Of a stretch of DNA of 53,576 nt, positions 42,470 to 51,719 are shown piece after piece. The stretch lies in the NCBI GenBank assembly GCA_021784785.1, contig JAJYHJ010000033.1, positions 1 to 53,576 of the forward strand. The letters are read 5' to 3'. A model generated the notes under the pieces. The model saw only the letters and a program-made list of their open reading frames with translations, was not told the origin of the DNA and ran no database searches. This stretch comes from Actinomycetes bacterium (GTDB lineage: Bacteria; Actinomycetota; Acidimicrobiia; Acidimicrobiales; Acidimicrobiaceae). The translations under genes and the position numbers were made by a program. How positions within the stretch are numbered: the first letter of the stretch is position 1; the number at the start of each line of letters is the position of its first letter.

Positions 42470-43726
42470 TCAGCCAACAGAGGGGCATCTCAATCCAGCA
42501 AGACCAGATATCAAAACTGACGGCTTACACTGCACTGTCGAATAGGTGGTATTTTTAACGTCCAAACCGTTCACCTCATACTTGGGAAGTACCGCAATGC
42601 CTCCTAGGTCGCTGTTCGAGATGGTCACATTCCTTGAGTCACCGATGTAGATCGACGACGCTTTGTCGAGCATCGTCTCGCCGTTGACATTAATATTGTG
42701 ACTTACCAAGGTAACGTCAGGTGCAATAACACCACCGATCCCATTGGTCGTAATGTTTGAAAGATTGATATTGTAAGAGCCGGTTATAACCCATGTGTAG
42801 TAATGAGTACTTCCATCCGTACCGCCCACAAGATTTGCGTTGCTGACATTGTCATCGTGGCAATAAAAGATATCTATGCCATTACCTTTAATATTTATGT
42901 TTGTGGCAGTCGTGCCGACTTGGCAAGACAGGTCCAGCTCAGTTGTACCCGCATATCCCTGACCTACGATCGTCACGTTATCTATGACATTATCGACTCT
43001 GTAGATGTATGAGACGGTATTTGGGTTACAGATGGCTATGACTCTAATCCCAAATGAGTTATAGTTATAAGCATTAGTGCTCTTAGCAGCCAAGACCTGC
43101 AGGTTACTTAGCGTGGTATGGTTCGCAAAGTCCATAATGTCTGTACCGGCATCGTACGTCGCACTATCTAAGGTCATGTTGGTAATGACCGTACCACTGC
43201 CGCCGCCTACTTGCTGACCAGGCGCAACTTCGATCGCAAACATGTCTCGACTCAGCGTCACACCTGGCGTCTTTTGGCCAACTTCATTGACTATAACGGT
43301 TTGGCCTATCCCAGATCCAACTACCCGTATCGGCTTATCGATTACGAGGGTATATAACTTGTACGAGCGTTGGTCGAGAATAAAACGTCCCGGAGGGAAG
43401 TATACCTCACTACCAGGCTGCGCCTCGGCCGCCAAAATTGCATTTTGAATCGCCACAGTTGAGTCGTGTTGACCCGTTGGATCGGCACCGTAATTTACAA
43501 CATTGAAGATCGACGATGACGGCGGGAGGTTGGATGAAGACTGAACAGGCGTACCGACATTTGGACCGGTCGAGGTTGTCGGAGAAGTAATCTTTGGTGG
43601 TGGCCCGACTCTTTGGCCGAAGGGATTCATTCTGGCTACAAAAAATACCCCTGTAATCACCACAATGAGCGACACACTTAAAACAGCTAGGCGCCGTCGA
43701 ACCTTTTTCCCAATCTCGTGTTCCAA
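42470..43726 (-). CDS. Membrane-anchored right-handed beta-helix protein (pectate-lyase-3/GH28-related fold)
   Basis: Basic plus TM anchor, P/T/S linker, 'FNVVNYGADPTGQHDSTVAIQNAI...VYFPPGRF', I/V-x-N repeats; AAGGAG 9 nt before TTG. Confidence 0.85.
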   Translation of the reverse strand: MEHEIGKKVRRRLAVLSVSLIVVITGVFFVARMNPFGQRVGPPPKITSPTTSTGPNVGTPVQSSSNLPPSSSIFNVVNYGADPTGQHDSTVAIQNAILAAEAQPGSEVYFPPGRFILDQRSYKLYTLVIDKPIRVVGSGIGQTVIVNEVGQKTPGVTLSRDMFAIEVAPGQQVGGGSGTVITNMTLDSATYDAGTDIMDFANHTTLSNLQVLAAKSTNAYNYNSFGIRVIAICNPNTVSYIYRVDNVIDNVTIVGQGYAGTTELDLSCQVGTTATNINIKGNGIDIFYCHDDNVSNANLVGGTDGSTHYYTWVITGSYNINLSNITTNGIGGVIAPDVTLVSHNINVNGETMLDKASSIYIGDSRNVTISNSDLGGIAVLPKYEVNGLDVKNTTYSTVQCKPSVLISGLAGLRCPSVG

Positions 43727-44101
43727 GATTCATCACTCCTTACGTGTTACGCTTTCCAATTGAACTAAACGCCCAATCGCAAGAGATCATCGCTGCTAGT
43801 TCAATGACAAAACAAGATATCCAAAAAATCCTTTTCCGACATAAGCTCAAGATCGCGATATGCGATAAAAAGTCGGTTACTTGGGATAGACCTATTCAAC
43901 CATTTTGTCTGGACGCTAACTGCAAAACTAAGCTCTATTTTTCTAAATCGTCAAACTTTTCAACTTCTTGTAGCCCCGAGAACTTGCCTCCTACAACAGC
44001 ATTGCCATCGACAATACATGATCAAACCTTTAGCTACAAGACGTCGCTTCTTCGGAGTTTTATGAAATTCAAGCAACGGCATTCGCTCCGCAGTGCTACT
44101 A

Positions 44102-44875
44102 CTATTTATGCTGCCATTTGGGAGTTCTTTTTTGCAAGAACGCATTCATCCCCTCCTGAGCGTCATGGGTCTGAGACGCTGATGCCATCGCCTCTACAGC
44201 CAACTCATAAGCCTGCGTTACCGGAAGGTCCATCTGCCTATAGAGCACTTCCTTGCCAAAACTCTTTGAGTACTTGGAACCTCGAGTGGCCCTGGTCAAG
44301 AGATCCTCCGTAGCTATCTCTAACTGGCTAGGATCCACTGCGTAATTAATCAGTCCCCACTCAGCGGCGGTAGCTGCAGTTATAATGTCTCCAGTCAACG
44401 CCATCTCGGCCGCTCGCTTTCTTCCTATCGAATGGGAGATGGCCACCATAGGGGTGTGGCAGAACCATCCACCCTTCCCACCAGGGGCTGCAAATCCTGC
44501 AGTTGAAGATGCCACCGCAAGGTCGCAACTAGCAACAAGTTGAGCGCCAGCCGCTGTAGCTAGAGCATGAACTTGAGCTACCACCACCTGCGGGACCTCT
44601 CCGATAATCGTCATGAGTTCCGTACACGTTCTTAGAAGTTTTCTCATATAGGTTAAGTCCTGACCTGCCATATCGCTAAAGTCATGTCCTGCCGAGAACA
44701 CGGGACCGTTTGCCTTTAGGATAACGCCGGCTACCGCTGATTCACCGACCTCAGTAAAAGCTGCAATTAGCTCCTTCATATGCCCCAACGATAAAGCGTT
44801 ACGCTTTTCTGGCCGATTCATCGTTATATAGACTCGATCTTGCCCTTTATCGATCTCTAAGTAGCTATACATCAT
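44102..44875 (-). CDS. Crotonase/enoyl-CoA hydratase-like protein (ECHDC3-like)
   Basis: NRPEKRNAL, FSAGHD, ATAAGAQLVASCD, FCHTP. Confidence 0.9.
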   Translation of the reverse strand: MMYSYLEIDKGQDRVYITMNRPEKRNALSLGHMKELIAAFTEVGESAVAGVILKANGPVFSAGHDFSDMAGQDLTYMRKLLRTCTELMTIIGEVPQVVVAQVHALATAAGAQLVASCDLAVASSTAGFAAPGGKGGWFCHTPMVAISHSIGRKRAAEMALTGDIITAATAAEWGLINYAVDPSQLEIATEDLLTRATRGSKYSKSFGKEVLYRQMDLPVTQAYELAVEAMASASQTHDAQEGMNAFLQKRTPKWQHK

Positions 44876-44998
44876 CCGGATCCCCTCAACAACTAGACAC
44901 AGTTAAAAAAGTCCTGGCTTCTTCAGCACTAGAGATATCGTAGCCGAAAGCGCTTTTATGGGTATATTTGAAGTTAGCTGCGAACCGTCTAAATGGTT

Positions 44999-46117
44999 TC
45001 AACGAATTGGGTTTACAAAGACCTTTTTCTCTAGAGTCATGTAGTCAAGGTACTCTTCGTCAATCTCTACCCCGATACCAAAATCGTCGCCAAGCTTGAT
45101 CAAACCGGGAGACTCAAACTCAAATGGAGTCCGGATAATATCTCTTTCGAAGTATCTTGAAGATGGAGATGTATCTCCAGGTAGATTAACTCCTTCTAAA
45201 GAAGCGATCGCTAAGTTTAGTGCCCGTCCAACGCCAGCCTCATAGAGACCACCACACCAAAGACCAATACCATTTTCTCTACAAAGTCTTTCAATCTTTA
45301 GGGCCTCAGCCACTCCACCTACTCTTGAGACCTTTAGATTCACCACGGAACCAGCTTCGAGCGCCATCACGACCTCCAAGTCGGAGCTGCAGCACACAGC
45401 CTCATCTAGACAGATAGGCGTTGAGACCTCTCGAGCCAATGTCGCATGTCCAAGAAGATCATAAGGATCTAAAGGTTGCTCGATCATTAGTAACTCAAAG
45501 TCGTCGAGTCGTCGTAAGGTACGAATATCAGAGAGAGAGTAAGAACCATTGGCGTCAACCATAAGTGGAATCTTGGGAAACTCTCGTCTAATCGAATGTA
45601 GTAGATCTACGTCACTTCCCGGCTCAATCTTCAACTTGACTCTGCGATACCCTTGTTCTACAGCCAAGGAGACCTTCTCCAGTAAAAGATCCACGGTACT
45701 TTGGAGCCCGATACTAACTCCAACTTCGATCTCGTCCTTGACGCCGCCGACCTTCTGCCACAAAGAAGACTTGCTCAGTTTTGCGTACAGATCCCAAACT
45801 GCCGATTCTACTAGAGCTTTTGCCATATAGTTACGACGAATCGGAGTAACTCTCTGAGCAAAGTCCAGTGGCGAGTCAACTCCTTCTTGGAAAAGTAAAG
45901 GTATTAAAAAGTTTTCTACCTGGTACGCAAGTGAGCAGTTCGTCTCTTCAACATAAAACGCGTTATTAGTAGTGCCACTCTCACCGTAGCCAACCACACC
46001 GTCAGCTAACACTCTTATTAGGAAAAACTCCTTCGTAGTCTCGCTGCTAACCGACGAGACAAAGGTTTCTTTAAAAGGAAGCGACACTTTCAGGAGTTCA
46101 ACAGACTCTATAATCAT
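44999..46117 (-). CDS. Enolase-superfamily OSB synthase / N-acylamino acid racemase
   Basis: KLKI, DAN, EQP, LDE, NLKVSRVGG, WCGG, PGDTSPSSRYF. Confidence 0.88.
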   Translation of the reverse strand: MIIESVELLKVSLPFKETFVSSVSSETTKEFFLIRVLADGVVGYGESGTTNNAFYVEETNCSLAYQVENFLIPLLFQEGVDSPLDFAQRVTPIRRNYMAKALVESAVWDLYAKLSKSSLWQKVGGVKDEIEVGVSIGLQSTVDLLLEKVSLAVEQGYRRVKLKIEPGSDVDLLHSIRREFPKIPLMVDANGSYSLSDIRTLRRLDDFELLMIEQPLDPYDLLGHATLAREVSTPICLDEAVCCSSDLEVVMALEAGSVVNLKVSRVGGVAEALKIERLCRENGIGLWCGGLYEAGVGRALNLAIASLEGVNLPGDTSPSSRYFERDIIRTPFEFESPGLIKLGDDFGIGVEIDEEYLDYMTLEKKVFVNPIR

Positions 46118-46174
46118 GGTCGATCAATTCAATAAATTTACTCACCAAACAAAGATCCTTTAGCGTAGTTCAAT

Positions 46175-47086
46175 CTAGCCATCTGCCCGTGGGAATACAC
46201 CCGCCCTTGAGAGTAAGCCGGGGACAACTTTGCCGAGCCTACTTTGAAGGAGTTCGATCAACGGGAAAAGAGCTCGCATATCGACACCCGTTGAAAATCC
46301 AGATCGCTCCACCATGTATAAAAGATCCTCCGTCGGAATGTTACCTGTAGCATTAGGCGCAAACGGACAACCACCCACGCCTCCCAGCGATGCGTCGAGT
46401 TGGGTCACGCCTGACTCAATGGCCGCCCATGCATTAGCGATGCCGGTATTCCTTGTATTGTGGAAATGACATCTAAGTTGTATGGTTGGATCAAGCACCT
46501 CTCTTACGGCCTCTATTCTGCGCTGGACGTCGGCTGGAGTGGCTGCGCCGATGGTATCTGCCAAAGCAATCTCAAAGGGCATATAACTACCCACTTCACG
46601 CGCGATTTCGACGAGGCGTGATACTGCAACCTCTCCTTCAAATGGGCACCCAAATGCTGCTGATAGCGTTATCGAGACTCTAAGATCCGCATTTGAAGCT
46701 CTCTCAACGACCTTCTTTGCTGTAAGAAGATTTTCGCTAACCGATACTCCTTGGTTCTTTTGAGAGAACGTCTCCGTAACAACAACAACGTAGTTGATCT
46801 CTTGTAAAGGCGTCTTCAATGCTCTGTCTAGCCCGCGTTCATTGAGAACAAGGCCGATTGCTTCATCAAAAACCTTATTACTCAGCTTCGCAAGTACGGC
46901 TTCGGCATCTGCCATCTGAGGAACCCGCTTTGGATTTACAAAACTACATACCTCAATTCGCCTTAAACCGCCTGCAAAAGCGCCTTCAATAATCGCTACT
47001 TTATCCTCCGTGCTAAATAACGTAGCTTCATTTTGCAAGCCATCTCGGGGCACAACTTCCACAAGGGTAACTGTGTCTGCACTCAT
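46175..47086 (-). CDS. Hydroxymethylglutaryl-CoA lyase
   Basis: PRDGLQ, ADTIG, HFHNT, GGCPFAPNATGN. Confidence 0.93.
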   Translation of the reverse strand: MSADTVTLVEVVPRDGLQNEATLFSTEDKVAIIEGAFAGGLRRIEVCSFVNPKRVPQMADAEAVLAKLSNKVFDEAIGLVLNERGLDRALKTPLQEINYVVVVTETFSQKNQGVSVSENLLTAKKVVERASNADLRVSITLSAAFGCPFEGEVAVSRLVEIAREVGSYMPFEIALADTIGAATPADVQRRIEAVREVLDPTIQLRCHFHNTRNTGIANAWAAIESGVTQLDASLGGVGGCPFAPNATGNIPTEDLLYMVERSGFSTGVDMRALFPLIELLQSRLGKVVPGLLSRAGVFPRADG

Positions 47087-47176
47087 AGGAACTCCGATCC
47101 AAAATACCTACACATCTATAGGTACTCCCTTTTTTTCCAGCCTCCACCCACTTCAGCTTTTCCATACTATCCAAGG

Positions 47177-47347
47177 AGACAGGACTGCAGCGAGTCAATG
47201 GGTGTCCGACTTCCTTGTGCCGTGTTGTAGTGTAAGTAGTTTGCTTGGAGTCCTGGTGCGACCGGGGACAACCACCTCGCCCTGACTGACGTAGCGAAGT
47301 TCCGTCAGTCAGTCAGTATTTGTAGTCACTAGGGGCGACTACGTCAG
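47177..47347. ncRNA. Unassigned structured intergenic element (possible sRNA or leader)
   Basis: Stems CAGGACT/AGTCCTG, CTGACTGACG/CGTCAGTCAG, GTAGTC/GACTAC and an alternative CTGACGTAG/CTACGTCAG; TACTAT just upstream. Confidence 0.35.
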
Positions 47348-47425
47348 CTCAATCACTAGACAAGTCACGCTGCGTAGGTTACAATAAGAAAACACTAAGA
47401 AGCTGTGTTAGCAAAGGAGCTACCG

Positions 47426-47887
47426 GTGAAACTACTAGAACAGTTAGAAGACTCTATCGCATCCATCTCAGATAAACTTCCATCACTGCCTGAGGGATTT
47501 TCGCAAGGTATAGCCAATTGGGCATGGCTACTGTCTGCGATTGCTGGGGCTGCATCCATCCTCACCGCTTGGAACTTGTGGTCTATATACGCTGCATGCA
47601 CAGTAGGACTCTGTCCTAGCACTCTTGGGGTATTTCCCTACCTTTCGATAGCAGCGGCTTTGATCTGTGGAGTTCTTTACCTAGTTGCAATTCGGCCGCT
47701 AAAGATGCTGGCAAAACGCGGGTGGGACCTCATATTCATAGCGACGTTGGTGAATCTAGGCGCAGCCATAATCTTTATTCTTGCCGGATCGGGAGGAAGT
47801 CTGATCTCTGCGCTCGTCACTGTAGCAATCGTCTGGTTTATTCTTTTTGAGATTCGACCAAAGTTCCAACCCACAAAGGAGTCATAG
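47426..47887 (+). CDS. Hypothetical 4-TM membrane protein (start GTG 47426)
   Basis: AAGGAG at 47414-47419, 6 nt before an in-frame GTG; amphipathic N-terminus then 4 hydrophobic helices. Confidence 0.8.
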   Translation: MKLLEQLEDSIASISDKLPSLPEGFSQGIANWAWLLSAIAGAASILTAWNLWSIYAACTVGLCPSTLGVFPYLSIAAALICGVLYLVAIRPLKMLAKRGWDLIFIATLVNLGAAIIFILAGSGGSLISALVTVAIVWFILFEIRPKFQPTKES

Positions 47888-48210
47888 CAACCGTGCTACC
47901 GTATTAGCACCAAACGAAACTCACATTCGTTCGCGCTCAAGTTACAGACGCATGTGCCACAAGCACAGTCGGAATATAATCGAAAAGGCGGAAGCTACGC
48001 CGACTCTGGTTGTCGTCTGTGAACATCTGCTACCTAATCCACTTCCGCCATGAAACGACTACGACCTTGATCGACCACGACGCTAAACTCGACTGTTATA
48101 TAGAGTTCTCGCAGCTCTATCGCTTGTCGCCTTTGCACTTTACGTTGATTCGAAACAACAACCGCGTTACTCGGTGCCATTGAATCCACCCTAGGATGTA
48201 ACATGAGATC

Positions 48211-49377
48211 GTGTCAACAATAAACCCTTATTTAGTCTCTAGGATGCAGTCCTTTGGATCCACAATCTTTGCTCAAATGTCGGAGTTAGCGATCCAAACT
48301 AGATCCATCAACTTGGGGCAGGGATTCCCCGACTTTGATGGACACGAGCACATACGCAAAGCAGCGATTCGTGCTATCGAACAAGGACACAACCAGTACC
48401 CTCCGGCTCTAGGAGTTCCAGCCCTTAGAGAAGCCATCGCGCTCCACCAAAAAAATTTCAACAACCTTAGTTACGACCCCGAAACCGAGATTCTTGTCAC
48501 GGCGGGCGCCACCGAGGCTATCGCTGCCTCGCTTTTGGCTCTAATTGAACCCGGAGACGAAGTCCTAGTCTTCGAGCCATTTTACGACTCTTACCACGCT
48601 GTAGTAGTAATGGCCCAAGGGAGAATCACTCCCATACCTCTAAAAGAACCTGAGTGGACCGTTGACTTTGATTATGTGGAAAGCGTCATAACCGAGCGAA
48701 CTCGAGTGGTTTTAGTAAATTCACCACACAATCCAACGGGAAAGGTGTTCACAGAACAAGAACTAAAGAAGCTAGCACAGCTATGCATTAAACACGACTT
48801 AATCGCCATTACGGACGAAGTCTACGAACATATTGTCTTCGAAGGAAATCACCTTAGCTTGGCACAGATCGCAGGAATGCAAGAACGTAGCATAGTTATC
48901 TCTTCCGCTGCAAAGACCTTCTCGCTGACCGGTTGGAAAATCGGCTGGCTCTGCGCGCCCAAAGACCTCGCCCAAGCAGCGCGCACTACTAAACAGTTTC
49001 TCACGTATGTAAACGGTGCTCCCTTTCAAGATGCGATCGCCTTCGCGCTTCAAGGTGGTAACAGCTATACAGACCTAATCGCTCGTCAACTTCAAGGACC
49101 ACGATCAGTGCTAACCAGATCTCTCAACGAAGTCGGGCTCAAAGTATGTTCGAACTCCGGTACGTACTTCCTCGTCACCGATGTTTCAACCGTTACAGAC
49201 GAGGACTCAATGACATTTTGTCTCAAGCTACCTGAACGAATCGGTGTCGTGGCAGTTCCAATGGAGCCGTTCTATAAGACCCCTCAATCCGGGCGTACTC
49301 TAGTGAGGTGGGCGTTTTGTAAGACACCAGAAGCAATCGCCTTGGCTGCAGAGAGAATTAGTCGTTTGAAAACATGA
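48211..49377 (+). CDS. Class I/II PLP aminotransferase (YbdL/DapC-like)
   Basis: INLGQGFPDFDG, NSPHNPTGK, DEVYE, SAAKTFSLTGWKIG, RWAFCK. Confidence 0.93.
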   Translation: MSTINPYLVSRMQSFGSTIFAQMSELAIQTRSINLGQGFPDFDGHEHIRKAAIRAIEQGHNQYPPALGVPALREAIALHQKNFNNLSYDPETEILVTAGATEAIAASLLALIEPGDEVLVFEPFYDSYHAVVVMAQGRITPIPLKEPEWTVDFDYVESVITERTRVVLVNSPHNPTGKVFTEQELKKLAQLCIKHDLIAITDEVYEHIVFEGNHLSLAQIAGMQERSIVISSAAKTFSLTGWKIGWLCAPKDLAQAARTTKQFLTYVNGAPFQDAIAFALQGGNSYTDLIARQLQGPRSVLTRSLNEVGLKVCSNSGTYFLVTDVSTVTDEDSMTFCLKLPERIGVVAVPMEPFYKTPQSGRTLVRWAFCKTPEAIALAAERISRLKT

Positions 49378-49592
49378 TCTCCCGACAATCAAAGTCCCTT
49401 AATTCAAACAGAAACAAACCAAATCAATGCTCTCACCAAGCGCTTCGGGTCTCCTTTTAGGTCTAAATCACTGTCCTATTTATGAGTAATACATTAGAGC
49501 AACGGACATCAATAGCTCGACATCTGTCCACATGATTTAGTAGGACAACATCTTCACCCATTATCTTTCATTCCTCTAGTACAATATTAACC

Positions 49593-49961
49593 GTGAACCA
49601 AAACACAATTCTATCGAAAACGGCTGTCGTGCCGAAAAATCCGTTTGGTCGCCAAACGCTAGCAAAGTTCTTCCGAGCCCTCGGAGATGCCAATCGAGTG
49701 GCGCTTATCGGGTTCATAGCCGAGAAGGAACGAAGTGGGAGCGACTGCGTGTCTTTTTTAAATCTTGCACAGAGCAGGGTTTCCAGTCACCTCTCTTGTC
49801 TTGTCAACTTTGGATTACTTACTGTACGACGAGAAGGGCGCTTCTCATACTACTCCGTCACGGATCACCGAGTCCTAGAACTCGTAGGCTTAGGTAGCGC
49901 TATAACTTCAGATAATGCTGAATCGGTTGCTCGATGGGTAAGAAGTGATCGCAACGCGTAG
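49593..49961 (+). CDS. ArsR/SmtB-family regulator (CmtR-like)
   Basis: FRALGDANR, QSRVSSHLSCL, RREGRFSYY. Confidence 0.88.
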   Translation: MNQNTILSKTAVVPKNPFGRQTLAKFFRALGDANRVALIGFIAEKERSGSDCVSFLNLAQSRVSSHLSCLVNFGLLTVRREGRFSYYSVTDHRVLELVGLGSAITSDNAESVARWVRSDRNA

Positions 49962-50007
49962 ATAATAATTAGATGATAATGTAGACCCTCACATTGGGTA
50001 ATTAACG

Positions 50008-50715
50008 TCAAACAGCCCTCGAATGTCGTACAAGTCCATCTCTTATCTCCGTCCAAAATGCACGATGCCACAGGTCATAGCCGCGCGCGTTTGGATGAAA
50101 CATGTCCGCTGAGTACATCAACACCGAGTTCATAGTCTTAGTGATGCGATAGAGATCTACAAGATTGCATCCAACACCTTTGACAGAATCTTCGATTACT
50201 TTATTCATAGCCTCTACCTTGGAAGGTTTCCTTACTCTTCCTCCAAAATATGGGAGATTCGAAACATAACAGTGGCTTGGTAGTACCTTCAAAAGGTTCG
50301 TGAAGTCTCTTTCAAACTCATCTATAGATGTCTTCAAAACATCATTTCCGCCGATGCCCAAGGTTACGAGGTCGTACGTCTCAACGTCCTGCTTATTGGG
50401 CATCTGATTGATGAGTACGTCTTTCGTAGTTGCACCAGATACGCTTACGTTCATACAGTGAACACTTAACCCGAGCGTCTCTTCCAGGGCACTCTTTATG
50501 CCGTAGACATATCCTCTTTTGGGGTCGAACGAACCTATTCCCTGAGCAGTAGAGTCACCTAAGGCAAGGTATGAAAACGATCCAAAAGCTGTACTCTCTC
50601 GTTTCCAAAACTCTTGGTGACGTTTCACGCTATAGAGGATCTCAACTAAAGCGATACTTTCTACGGCTCCCGCAAGTAAAGTTCCGTTGAATAACAGCTT
50701 AGTTATCCCTGTCAA
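50008..50715 (-). CDS. SGNH/GDSL hydrolase
   Basis: LGDS, SGA, GGND and DMFHPN blocks. Confidence 0.9.
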   Translation of the reverse strand: MTGITKLLFNGTLLAGAVESIALVEILYSVKRHQEFWKRESTAFGSFSYLALGDSTAQGIGSFDPKRGYVYGIKSALEETLGLSVHCMNVSVSGATTKDVLINQMPNKQDVETYDLVTLGIGGNDVLKTSIDEFERDFTNLLKVLPSHCYVSNLPYFGGRVRKPSKVEAMNKVIEDSVKGVGCNLVDLYRITKTMNSVLMYSADMFHPNARGYDLWHRAFWTEIRDGLVRHSRAV

Positions 50716-51719
50716 TCCCTATAGTCCTCACATTTCTCTCGCATTTTGACCAAGGCTGCATGTCAAACCAAGATCGCTTCCTGCTCAGACATAGTACAAC
50801 TCACCATCACCATACGGCGTCGAGTCCCACAACGAAACGAATGCAACAACGCGGTGGGTAGGTGTTTGTTTCAGTAAGTCGCCGTTGCCTTAGTGCAATT
50901 AACTTTTGGGCGAGGTTTTAGCTTTATTAGAAACGTCAACGAGATCACTAAGTGGCCAGTGAAGCTAAAGTCATCGGTTTAACTCCCGCAGGAGTCAGAT
51001 CAAACAAACATCTCATAAGCGCTTTTGAAGATTCCGGCGCTTTCCAGAGTCCTATTGCCATCCAATTTATACCTAAGCATTTTAGGGAAACCCGTCTCCT
51101 CCTCCGAGATAGCTCACCCATGACGATCCTCGATATTTCTTGCAATCCCTTACGTTCTTTGAATCGCAAGTGTCTAGAGACGGTCGAAGCCAAAACCCTC
51201 ACCCTAGACGTATCTAGGCTGGAGATTAAAGAACGGGCAATTTGGCTGGCGGAGGTCTACAGCACTTTCACTTCTTCCTCAGATTGTTACTACTGGAACA
51301 CTCTATTACCAGTGATACCGCAATGGACAACGGAGCCAAAGAGTGGAAATCTAGTGTTATATTTACATAACAGACGTCTTTCCCTCACAACCACTCTCAT
51401 GAACGACTGTTGAGTCCTGATAAAGGTGATACATTGCGAAGAAGACCCCGGAGAGGCGATTCAAGAAAGCTCAAACATGCTTACGCTGCATAAGAATACG
51501 TCCAACAAAATGCATACACGCTCTAGTATCATCTTTTTTGCGGTCGAACCAAGTGCACCTCGCGCATATTTAAAAATCACTTTAAGTTAAGTTTTGTAAC
51601 AGAGAAAAAATCATCTCACTTATTTATTAAACTTTTTACACAAATATACGTCATGCAGTCTAATCTCCTCGTACAATCTCTTCAATAACAACGACGAACC
51701 ATATACGCGGAGGATTAAA

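Noticed and set aside
47247-47350. c-di-AMP (ydaO) riboswitch resemblance (GAGTCCTG..ACCGGGGA..TAGGGGCGAC..CGTCAGCT)
   Set aside because: The core GGGGTGAAT and GAACCC/TAAC elements are missing; kept only as an unassigned structure
50952-51413. 153-aa plus-strand ORF
   Set aside because: No SD or domain motif recognised; cannot be supported as a gene
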